Positions 37,036 through 48,331 of a stretch of DNA of 64,000 nt are shown here, piece by piece. The notes under the pieces were generated by a model. The model had not been told where the DNA came from, made no database searches, and worked only from the letters and a program-made list of their open reading frames with translations. Numbering within the stretch: the first letter of the stretch is position 1; each line of letters begins with the position of its first letter. The stretch lies in contig JANJGN010000006.1 of assembly GCA_026770705.1 (NCBI GenBank), forward strand, positions 50,592,001 to 50,656,000, in the 5' to 3' direction. The stretch comes from Isurus oxyrinchus. Taxonomy: Eukaryota. Both the position numbers and the translations under genes were made by a program.

Positions 37036-37483
37036 ACCCAGATAAACCCATATCCTTCAAATGGAATCTAGGTGGTACACTGAGATAGAAGATGCAGCAG
37101 TGTGTGAATAGTGTCGATACTCAGTAACTATTGTCCCAGTGATGTGACTTGTGAATTAGTGATATTAATCTTAATTTTACTGGCTGATCAAACACATATT
37201 GAACTGGTTAAAAATGACTTTTAAAAAGCAAGCAAAGACACTTACTTATTATGGCTGCCACAACTCACCTGAATCTGAAACTACAAGTTGACCAGTTTTC
37301 TGGAAGGTTCTAATGCGGAATACAATTAAGACATGCCCAAGCACCCTCTTGTAGTATTTCACAGCTGCTGATGTCAAGAACAACTTCAAAGGATGAACTG
37401 AAACTACATTGTTTCTCACCATTTGCAATTCGATAAAGATACCTCTCAGATGGAGACAGCAAGCCCACTAGGACAATAGTTCA

Positions 37484-38955
37484 TTCATATGAACATATGA
37501 ACATGGAGCAGGAATAGACCACTCGGTTCCTCAGGCCTGCTCTGCCATTCAATAAGATCTTGGCTGATCTGATTGTAACCTCCTGCCTATGCCTGATAAC
37601 CTTTCACCCCCTTGTTAATCAAGAATCTATCTAGCTCTGCCTTAAAAATGTTCAAAGACCCTACTTCCACTGTCTTTTGAGGAAGGCTCCTTAGACAGCA
37701 CCTTCCAAACCCACAACCACTACCATCTAGAAGGATAAGGGCAGCAGATAGACGGAAACACCACCAGCTGGAAGTTCCCCTCCAAGTCACTCACCATTCT
37801 GACTTGAAAATATATCGCCGTTCCTTCACTGTTTCTGGGTCAAAATCCTGGAACTCCCTTGCTAACAGCACTGTGGATGCACCTACATTATGTGGACTGC
37901 AGCAGTTCAAGAAGGCAGCTCACCACCACCTTCTGATGGCAACTGAGGATGGGCAATAAATGCTAGTCCAGCCAGCGAAGTCCACACCCCATGAATGAAA
38001 AAAAAAGCTCCAAAGATTGACCACTCTCTGAGAAAAAAGATTTCTCCTCAGCTCTGACTTAAATGAGTAGCACATCATTTTTAAACCATGACACCTAGTT
38101 CTGGATTCTCCCACAAGTGGAAACATCCTCTTCACATTAACTCTGTCAAGATCCCTCGGGATCTTAAAAGTTTCGATCAAGTCACCTCTTCCTCTTCTAA
38201 ATTCCAGTGGATACAAGCTTAACCTATCAAACCTTTCCTCATAAGACAACCCATCCATTCATGGTATTAGTCTAGCAAGCCTTCTCTGAACTGCTTCTAA
38301 TGCATTTACAATGCCATACACAATACTCCAGATGTGATCTCAACAGTGCCCTTTACTACTGAAGCATAATGTCCCTACTTTTATATTAAATTCCCCTCAC
38401 AATAAACAATAACATTCTATTAGCCTACCAGCACACTAATCTTTTGTGATTCATGTACTAGGGGCCCCAGATCCCTCTAAATCTCAGAGCTCTGCAATCT
38501 CTCATCATTTAGATGATATGCTTCTTTTTTATTCTTCCTGTCAATATGGACAGTTTTGCATTTCTCCACATTATACTCCATTTGCCAGATCTTTGCCCAC
38601 TCACTGAAACAATCTATATCACTCTGTAGCCTCCTCACATGCTCTTCACAACTTATTATCCTACCTATCTTTGTGTCATCAGCAAGTTTAGAAATCATTC
38701 CTTCGGTCCCTTTATCCAAGTCATTTATATAAATTGTAACATGCTGAGGAACCAGCCCTGATCCTTGTGGCACACCACTTGTCACATCCCGCCAACCAGA
38801 AAAAGACACATTTATGTTTACCCTCTGTTTCCTGTTAACTAGCCAATCTCCTATCCATGCTAATATGTTACCCTTCCACCATGAGCTTTCATTTTCTGCA
38901 ATAACCTTTGATGTGGCAGCTTATCAAATGCCTTCTGGAAATCTTGGTACAATAC
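37484..38955 (-). mobile_element. CR1 LINE RT + 3' end
   Basis: WRDVTSGVPQGSGL..ADDTKIG; GLSYEERFDRLSLYPLEFRRGRGDLIETFKI; catatgaa tandem tail. Confidence 0.92.
37684..38006 (+). mobile_element. family-A LINE 3' tail nested in CR1
   Basis: Full tail with poly-A; gctcc repeated on both sides. Confidence 0.88.
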
Positions 38956-38989
38956 ATCCACCAGTAGAGTACATTCAACTCATCAAGAT

Positions 38990-39840
38990 GAGATAATAGG
39001 TCATTAAGAAGTTAATGACCGGGATACCACAAAATCTAATCATCTTGGTCATGAAACAATCGCCACAGTCTGTCCAGACTAGAGCTAATCAAGCACCTTC
39101 TGAAATCATTATGGGGAGAAATGTCATGTGACTAGGATAACCATTTTTGAAATCTCTTGTTTTAGAAGATGCAAGCTGCTAGCGGTAGCCTGGAAGAAAG
39201 CTGCCAATGAAACAGTAATGAGCTCCCTTCTCCCCTTCTCTCCCAAGTTTCAAGACCCTATCTCTGTCACAGTTTGAAATCCAGTACAGCGATAGAGAAT
39301 TTCCATTGACAGGAACCTCAGGTGCTAAAGTCAACAAATTCTGGAAAAGACAGAATTTGTTTTTAAAAATGACTGCCTCCAGAAATTTCAGTTTATATGG
39401 GCTTCAACTCCTAGAATTTCAAGAAAATTCTACCACAGCCACAGATACCAACAAAGGACCCATAAACAGTGAACTATTTTTTTTTTCCTTTTTGCATTGA
39501 ACTTTAGTTTGGCTAATTATACCTTAGTATAATTGTATAACTTGTAATTCTGCATGCTTGTGTATGTGCTGCAAAGGTCAAGACCCAGGTTTACCTTATT
39601 AAATATTTTTATATCTTTACCTGGGTAGGTTTTAAACTCAATAAAAACTAACCCTTTTTTGTTTTAAACTCAAGAAAGCCTGCCAGACTAGTTTATTTGC
39701 AATCAGTGCATAAATGGTTAAGCACAGAGATTGAGCAAATACCTTCATCCCAATAAATTCAGAAAAAAACCCCGCTACATTCAGACTTGGAGTGGTATAA
39801 TAAGGGAATAATTTTTACTCTTCCTTATGTGGCTATAACA
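38990..39840 (+). mobile_element. putative solo LTR
   Basis: AATAAA at 39640, terminus ggctataaca; no partner in window and 5' end not defined. Confidence 0.35.
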
Positions 39841-40424
39841 CTACTCACTGAATGCTAGTTGTGAGCTTTACAATACAGCATATTTTATCTTATACGCTAT
39901 ATCTGAATATGCACTTGTCCTCAGGTTGCTTATTTCCTTTCATATGGTGTATCAATTAAGCTGTATTTAACCTCTGATGTTGGAAAACTAGAAATATTAC
40001 AGCCTAGTCACAATGGTTACTGCCAACCACTGACCATTCTGTCACATTTGGACAGCCAGTTTAGCTCCAGGGTATAATGTCCTGATCAAAAGGGCAGGAA
40101 GGTACCTAGTAAATCAAAACTGTATTCCTGATATCCCAATGAGGGAATTACTTCTTGAGTGGCTTCAAGGTGAGATGAATGGACACAAAACATAATCAGT
40201 TCTTTAAGCACTGAAAGTTGTTCTCAATATTTCAAAAGGCAAACCACACATGTTCGATAGCCTCTGAAGAAGGGGCCTATCTTTTGCAGCTGGCCCAAGT
40301 TAGTCTTTCAGTAAATGTGCGGTGGCTGGAGGCTTGAAAATTGTTCTGGGGTGTGCTCTGCCTCTTGCCTTTTCTTACGCCCTTTGCCCTTTTGTCTGTG
40401 CAAGTGACTGTCAGACCATTTTTT

Positions 40425-40535
40425 AAATTAATTCTTGCAATGTGGGAGTCGCTGGCAAGGCCAGAATTTATTGCCCATTCCTAATTCTTCTTGAGAAGGT
40501 GGCAGTGAGCCACCATCTTGAACCATTGCAGTTCA
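40425..40535 (-). mobile_element. family-A LINE/SINE 3' tail
   Basis: tgtgggagtcgctggcaaggccagaatttattgccc..ttgagaaggtgg. Confidence 0.8.
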
Positions 40536-41399
40536 TTTGACTTTTCTGTAGCATTTCTTTGCACAGGTCTGAAGAACAGCCGCAAATCCCTCCCGGCTCA
40601 CTGTTTCTCTGTAATCTCCCAGAATGTTAAAGCTGCCAGTCAGGTTTGAGCCTAAGAGCTCTACAGCAACAATGGACTTAATCTTAACAGCAGTGCAGAA
40701 GTGTTGACTTTATTACAGAGAGCTCTTCTGGTGCTACACACTCGATCAGGACGCTCATCAGGAAGCCCGCGCTTAGCGCTCCCTAGTCGGAGCCTTAATA
40801 GAACATCATGTGACTCCTGATAGACAGTGGGGGGGCTATACACTTAGTTACCACATTTCTTCCCCCTTTAATATTCTACAATTTCAATTAACAGGGAAAC
40901 ATTTGAACTCCCAACAACATATACATACATACAATTACAGGTGATCAAAGATCAAGTCTCTGAAATGCTCTCCTTATACGTATAACGCGGCGTAGCTCTA
41001 CCGCTTGAGGTTCCTCAACAGGATTCTCAGGATCTGGAACTGCAGCATGAGTCACGTCATCAGAACCATTGGGCATGTCTATTCTAGGTTATTTAGTCAT
41101 CTCAGGAATTGACGGTAAGACATTAATCACAGGCAGGATAGTTGGTTATTGGAATGTCCCTCTAGCACGAATATGATCTATGTCCTTACGGATGATTCTA
41201 TCTCCCACTTGTACTTGGAAAGATAATGGACCAGTCTCTGAGATAATAGTTCCAGGAGCCCAACAGGGTCCACTGCCGAATTTCACACGAATACCATGTC
41301 ACCTATAGTGAATGTGCGAGAGCAGCTGTGTATATGCTGGTTTAATTTTTAATTACTCTGATTACACTTTACCTTCCCCTCTAAATTTGGAAACACCAA

Positions 41400-41933
41400 G
41401 GGCAGAAATTTTTGCCCAGCAGGCAGGCGCATGCCCGTCCTGCCGAGCATGCCGATGTCAATGTGCAGTCATGTGATAGTTCTGCTGGCGGGCGTGCGCC
41501 AGAGCCGGCAGTGTGCCCGCCGACAATTAAAAGGCCTGTTAAGGCCATTAAGTAATCAATTCAATTCAAATTTTCGCTGCCTGTCCAACCTAACAGCAGG
41601 CAAAAAGGCCAAGCGGCCTTTGCATTTTTTGGGAACCTAATCCACAGTCGGGAAGAGGTTGCAAAAGCAAATAAAAGTAAAACAAAAACTTTAATTTTTC
41701 ATTAATCACATATCCCTGCTCATGTGACAGAGTCACATGAGGGTACATGTTTCATTATATTATTTTTTAAACTTTATATCTCTTCATCTCTCTGAGGTGT
41801 TTAATGCTGGGTGGGCCTTAATTGGCTCGCCAATGTGAAATCGCGGTCCGGTGCTAATTGAAGCAGCAGTCAGCTTGCTCTCCGCCCCCACCCACCACCG
41901 CCAAGCACCCTCGCTAAGGACAAAGTTCTGCCC
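41400..41933. mobile_element. Harbinger MITE in Gypsy integrase
   Basis: TIRs gggcagaaatttt / aaagttctgccc; imperfect TSD caa/cag; host reads RLHL|VFPNL across it. Confidence 0.88.
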
Positions 41934-42711
41934 CAGATGTAATCGTATATGTAGGCGGCATTTCATCAATAATTCAGGTGGTATCAAATAATCAAATGAG
42001 CTGTTGTGCAATAACTGAAAAGAAAGCAGGAAATTTGAGATTCCAAAGTGCTTTCCGATAGCTTTATCATACCTAATTTAAAAGTTTGTACTGCGCTCTC
42101 GGCTGCCATTCGACGAGGGATGGTAAGGGGCGGTTTTAATATGTCTGATTCCATTCAGGTCCATAAATTTCTGAAACTCTATGCTGGCAAAAATGGTGCC
42201 ATTATCTGAAATGACAATTTCAGGTAGGCCATGTACGCTGAAACTGTGATGTAGCTTCTCTATAGTTGCATTCATGTCGGTGACTTGACTTCATACACAT
42301 CCATCCATTTGGAATGTGCATCTACAATTAACAAGAACACGGTACCCAAGAACGGTCCTACCTAATTGATGTGTAATTGAACTCAGGGTCGACCAAGTCA
42401 CTCCCAAGAATGCAGGGGAGCCGGAACAGGCAGCTTCTTTTGTTGCTGACAGTGGAGACAGTGCTTGACTAAGTTTTCAATGTCTCTATCAATGCCTGTA
42501 TATAAATCACTTAGTGCAAGCATTTTCATTTTTGATATGCCCGATGGGCTCTATGGAGTTCTGTCAAAAGCAGCTCTCTGTCTTGTGGTGAGACCACCAC
42601 TCTTGACCCTCACCACAAAATCCCGCCTTGGCAGCTCAATGCCGTCTTTCTGACATCGAATGGTCTCAATTTTTCAGATACAGTCAAGTTTGATCATCCT
42701 TTTAAGACAAC

Positions 42712-42990
42712 GGGTGGAATTTTCTGTGCCCGCTGGTGGATAGATGGCATGAGCGGACAATATGGCGTCATCAGTTTCACGATGGTGGAAAGGCAGGTCA
42801 TGATTGTTGATGGGCTGAGTTTTCCGCCACCGGACGTCGGGAACCTCATTGTAACACATCAGCATATCATTTTCAGGCCATCCCGCCAGCTCCTGCACCC
42901 CCGCTGGATTGTCCATCCACATTGGTGTGAAAGCACGCCGTTTTACCCACCTGCTACCATGCTTTGTGCAAATACGGGAAAATAATGCCC
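42712..42990. mobile_element. Harbinger MITE in Gypsy pol
   Basis: TIRs gggtggaattttc / gaaaataatgccc; first ~200 bp homologous to reverse complement of 17850-18105. Confidence 0.8.
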
Positions 42991-43693
42991 AAAGTCTCTG
43001 ACTTTTGATAATGTTGGATCTCTCTTTGTCCAATTAGTAATTTGTTTTGCACACACAGGCGAAGAATCTAAGAAGTTTAATAATAGAACTATTTCTTGCA
43101 GAACGGGAGTATGCACAATACTGTCTGGCAATGGGGAACGATACATAAAAGTAAACTTGTACTCAGATAATGTCAGAGCCTATCGTTGTATCCTTGCTGG
43201 TGCTACTTGCGGGATGGCCTTGTCCTCGCTGAGTAGACACATTGGGCAGAATTTTATGGCTGACATGCAGGTAGCAGAGCCCACATGTCAGTGCTTAAAA
43301 TGGCATGTGCTGATGTCGCGTGAGCGTCCTGATGTCAGTGCGCAGCATCGCGATATTTGGGTGGATGGGCACAATGAAGCGCAATGCGCGCCCACCATTA
43401 ATTAAAGGCCTCGTTAAGGCCCTTAACTCGACAATTGAAGTCGATTGCCTCGGCAGGCAGGTAACTGATTTTTAACAAACCTCATCCATGGGTGGGATAT
43501 GTGGGCTCAGAGGGGCTTTTAATGCTTTTTCTGAAGTATTGCAGAAAGTGTTTTAAACTTGCCTGTGCGATTGGTAGCAGTTCAGATCAATTTCCAACAG
43601 CTTTCTCTGTACTTTGAAGCTTCAACTCAGCGCTCTGCAGACAGTAATCTTTATCGGGCCTGCAGCTTTCTGGAGGCCTCCATTGAGCCTGGG

Positions 43694-44925
43694 TATGTGT
43701 TCTGAGATCTCCACTAGAGGCAGCTCCTCTGAGGAGGAAGGGAGGGATAGAATAATGAGGAGGCCAGGACTGGACAATCAGCCTCCAGGGGAGCCACCTT
43801 TGGGAGGCCAGGTGCAGGCACAAGGGGCACAGGGCAAGAGGTTGTCCAAGGTGGAAGGGGCCTCAGAAGACGCCACTATCCTGCTGCCAGGGTATACAGG
43901 CAGCAAAGCAGCTACCTCAATATGACTGAGGTGTAGTGCCTGTCGGAGTCGGAGCCTGTCAAGGGAAACAATGAACTATATCAGTCAGCTGATTGGCCCT
44001 GAGATCTACCCTAACTGTGTAGGTGGACACCCCATGCCAGTGGCTCTGAAAGTCACAATTGCCCTCCACTTCTATGCCTCTGGCTTTTTCCAGGGCTCGG
44101 TAGGTGATCTTTGGGGTGTCTCCCAATCAGCTGTCCACACTTGTGTCAAGCAGGTTACAGACGGTCTGTTCAGAAGGGCATTAACCTTCATCCATTTCCA
44201 CTGCGACCAGGCAAGTCAGGCACAGCGAACCAGAGGCTTTGCGGTCATTGCTGGCTTCCCCCGCGTCCAAGGTGCAATAGACTATAAACATGTGGCCATC
44301 AATGCGCCAGCGGGTGAGCCCGGTGCCTTTGTCAACAGGAAGGGCTTCCACTCCATGAACGTGCAGATAGTGTGTGATCACAAGATGCTGATTCCACAAG
44401 TCTGTGCAAGGTACCCAGGCAGCTCCCACAACGCCTACATCCTCAGACACTCCCAGGTGCCGGCGCTCTTCAGTGCTCCGGCTCGGCTGGATGGATGGCT
44501 GCTGGGTGACAAGGGCTATCCCCTCAGAAGATGGATCATGACACCTCTCCGCCATCCAAGAACAGAAGCTGAGCAGCGGTACAATAGGAGTCATGGCACC
44601 ACAAGGGCTGTGGTGGAGAGAGCCATCGGTCTTCTCAAGATGCGCTCCTGTTGCCTGGACTGCTCACGGGGCGCAGTACCCCCCAGATCGTGTCTCTGTG
44701 ATAGTGGTAGTCTGCTGCGCCCTGCACAATCTTGTGCTGGAAAGGGAGGATGCAGTTGACAATGAAGAGCTTGACACAGTGGATGAGGCTGCGCATGATG
44801 AATCCAGCAGTGCCTCAGAGGATGAGGAAGCACAGGGCGATGATGAGGGGCAGCATGCCGACCCAGTATTACATCAAGGAGGCAGAGACACCCGGGACAA
44901 TTTAATCCAGTGAACATTCAGCTCG
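43694..44925 (+). pseudogene. Harbinger DDE transposase (HARBI1-like family), disrupted
   Basis: ALHFYASGFFQ, GFPRVQGAIDYKHV, FVNRKGFHSMNVQIVCD, YPGSSHNAYI, WLLGDKGYP, VVERAIGLLK, CCALHN; frameshifts and HD->HN change. Confidence 0.93.
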
Positions 44926-45244
44926 CTCCACACAATGGATCAGCACGACCAGCATTGCCTGACGCTTCCATATGTGTCACTTAGGTGCTACATCTTCCAC
45001 CTCATCAGCTGCAACTAAGGGCTTAGTACAGAAACATCAATGTCCACTCAAACACTCATGATATGTCTGTGAAATATACAAATGCAGCACAAAGGAAACA
45101 CCCTCAGCCATGCTCAGAAAAGTGGACTTTATTCTCACCAAAATAAAACACAAACATCGTTCAGATGTACATAATTATATTTTCCCTAATCTAGGGCTAA
45201 CACAAAATCACCAGCGACAAACCCATGGAGTACCTAACATGCCT

Positions 45245-48200
45245 TATGCTTACATTTGTGGGTGCTACGTCTAGGTGCCGCCCCATCGCTCGGAATGGTT
45301 GTGAGACAGCCTGCTGACTCTGCTGTCCTGTTGGCCTCGATGACCTTGGCGGGCGTCCTCTGACCCGTGGAGCCTGTGATGGTCCCGCCGGGGAGGGAGT
45401 GGCCAGTTCCAGAACTGGCACCTCCCCAGTTGTCGCAGCCTCAACGGATGCAACAGTTACTGGCAGAGGCTCAGAGGAGCTGCTGCCCTCATCCGGAGCG
45501 CCCTTAGAGGAGCTTGCAGCGAAGACAGGGAGCTGCTGCGCCGATGTGAGGTCACATTGGACCTCCCTGTTCTCCACAGATCGATGGGCACTGAATGGTG
45601 ACACTTGGTGCCCAGAACATCTCCCACATTGGGAATGACCACCTGTGGCCATTAGCGCTGTGAGGGCTTGCCGGTCAGAGCGTAACCCAATCAGAAGAGT
45701 CTCAATCCACTGGAAGCCCGTTTCCATGAGAGTCACCAATCTCTCAGTGGAGGAAGCTGGAAGCTCTGTCCTGAGGTTCATGCCATCACTGACACTCTGC
45801 CTGGATTCCTCCACCACAGAGACCAAGTGAAGCACACCCTCATGCAACCCTGCCAGATGCTCCCGCGCACCATGCCAATTGTCCTGCAGCTACTGCATGG
45901 CTAACATCTCCAGAGGCACATCATCACTGCCGGACTCAGCATGTGCCTGGTCCCCTGCAGTCCTCCGGCTGCTGGCACCATCGGCACTCTCTGTCCGTGC
46001 CGTCTCCTCCAGTGATTGCGAAGTGCCCTCTCCACTGTGCCCCAGGACACCAGCCGACATTATATTCCCCAACAAAGTGTTTGTCGCTGCGCTGGTGCCT
46101 CGCTCGCTGAAAGAATGTGATGCAAGTTGCAAGTCTTGGCCCTCAGGTTTGGGGAGAGGGATCTGGACGTGGCCATGTGGTGTTGATGCTGAAATTAACA
46201 ACAAGGACAGTGCATCAGTTAGCGTTCAGTCAGTAACACCTTTCATCCCTTAACCCCCCAGCCTCATAAGTCGCTCACGCTTCAAGAACCTAAGGAGACG
46301 AACATTGGTGGGGTGGTAAATGATCAAGAGGAGGCCCAAACATTACACACTCATACAGACTGGCTGGTCAGATGGCCTAAGGAATGCCACATGGAATGTT
46401 ATGTAGATAAGTGTTCAGTTAAGCACTTGGGCAAGGGAAGCAAGGTATGGGAATATATGAGTAATGGTAGGACCGTGGGAAGTCACGACAATTACAGGGA
46501 TCTTGCTGGGCAGACCTGTTAAGCTAGCAGAACAGGAACATAAGGTATTTAACAAAGTCGAAGCCAGACTTGCCTTTATTAGCCAAGGAATAGAATGTAG
46601 GAAAAGGGAGGTCATGTTGTAAGTGCAGAAAACGCTGTCGTTCAGTTGTGACCTGTGCTTCATGGGAGGAATGACATTGGAGTGGGGAGAGTGCAGAGGT
46701 TCCTGACCTGGTTGCATGCTGGCCTGGAGAGTTGGAGTTATGAGGAAACATCGCAAACACTTGCGACATTTGCAGTGGAGCACAGGAGATTGACAGGTCA
46801 CATTATTGACCTTCATATCGTTAGGAGGGGCATAGAACAGGTGGACAGAAGGCAACACTTCTCCTTGGCACAGGGATGACTAATGTGGTGGCATTTGTTT
46901 AAGTTGAGCGCCATAAGATTCATAGCTGAGGTGCTGAGGACCTTTTGGACAGAGTAATGTGGGACGCACTGGATGAAAGGGTGGTGGAGGTACAAACCCT
47001 CCTAAGATGGAATAAGTCTTTGGCTGTGCAGCAGTGATGCCATGGCATGTTAGGCCATGGGGATGGTGGTCAGAAATGGGATAAGGTGACTTTGGAAGGT
47101 GCTAGAGACGCGCATCCTCTAGGGGCCGAGGGACCTTTGTGTATGACCCACACATCTGACTGTATCAATCTGTGAATGAGCAGTGTTGCTGCATTAACGA
47201 TTGCAGCAACCATCAGTGCTTTGGATGGTGGGGAGACAGATTGGATGGGACTGTGACCCTCAAATACCTGGCCATTGCACCCCAGTCTCACCAACACCTG
47301 CTGACCTGGCTGCCTGTCTCCTCCTCAGCTCCATGGCCTGCTCCTCATACATGGTGAGGTACTGCAGCACGGCGTGCCCACCACCAGTCAGCTGCCACTC
47401 TCAGATATTGCTGTCAGTTATTGCCTGCAGAATAAAGAAGAGCATTTATTGGGGCTGATCGCTCATGTACTCTGCACGCGCACGCCGCACCCCAACCACA
47501 GTGGCCCATCTGAGGCCTCCAGCGGCTCCTGTCCACACTACTGGTGTTCAGTCCCCAGAAGATAGTACGGTTGCTCCCAAACCCCTCCCCCAATGGTCAC
47601 CTTAGACACATTCGGCGTCCATCACTTTGAATAACACAAGGGTCTTAGCGCCCATGGCAAGGAGGCGCAACTAGGTGTGGTGCTGAGGCCAGCAGATGGC
47701 TTTTGGATATGATAGCTTTGAGTCTCCCCTTCCATCATCTCATCACCATCAATAAGACATGTGTTGGAGTTCTGAGTATGTGTCTAGCTGCCTCCCCTGC
47801 AGGTTGCCCCCAGACTACTCAAATGCAACAAACACCAACATATGCTGCAGGAAGAGCCCATCTTCTCCTCAACCACTAAGGCTGATGTAAGTATGGTCAC
47901 TCTCTGTTTGCCCACCCAGCGTGCGCCAAATGCCCAAAGCAGTAATGACACCAAGTCGCGGTGGGGGGGCCTCAAAGGCTAAGGCTACCTGCTGGTAAAA
48001 TAGCCAAGGCTGACATGGTACTCACCCTTCCAGAGCGCAGCAAATCATTGAAGTGCTTGGGGCACTGTGTTCCTGTGCACTGCACAGCATCTTGAGAGCT
48101 TACAGCCTTCGCCATCTCCTGCCACGCCTGCCTGGTCATGTGGGGGGCTCTCCTCCTCCCATCCTCCGGAAACAAGACCTCCCGATGGTTGGACACCTTT

Positions 48201-48331
48201 TCCAGGAGAACAACAAGGCAGGCATCGGAGAACTGAGGGGCACAGTGGCCCCCCGCTGGCCTACCCTGCAGACTGCCCCCCTCCTCCTCTGCCCTCACAT
48301 CCTGTGGTGCCTGGTTGCTGGCCATGGTCAA
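45245..48331 (-). pseudogene. Harbinger Myb/SANT-like DNA-binding gene, three exons (48331-48026, 47424-47268, 46188-~45245)
   Basis: APQFSDACLVVLLEKV..QAWQEMAKAVS..TQCPKHFNDL|gtgagt; exon 2 EWQLTGGG..LTMYEEQAMEL; GT-AG sites with consistent phases; in-frame stops. Confidence 0.85.
46290..47150 (+). mobile_element. highly diverged CR1 RT/3' fragment inside intron 2 of the Myb/SANT gene
   Basis: TNIGGVVNDQEEAQTLH..DWLVRW..CHME..DKCSVKHLG..YRDL; gttatgagga, aggagattgacaggt, gggccgagggacct. Confidence 0.75.

Noticed and set aside
43971-44759. Host HARBI1 gene
   Set aside because: Lies between TIRs with a TSD, has frameshifts and a mutated catalytic motif; it is a transposon copy.
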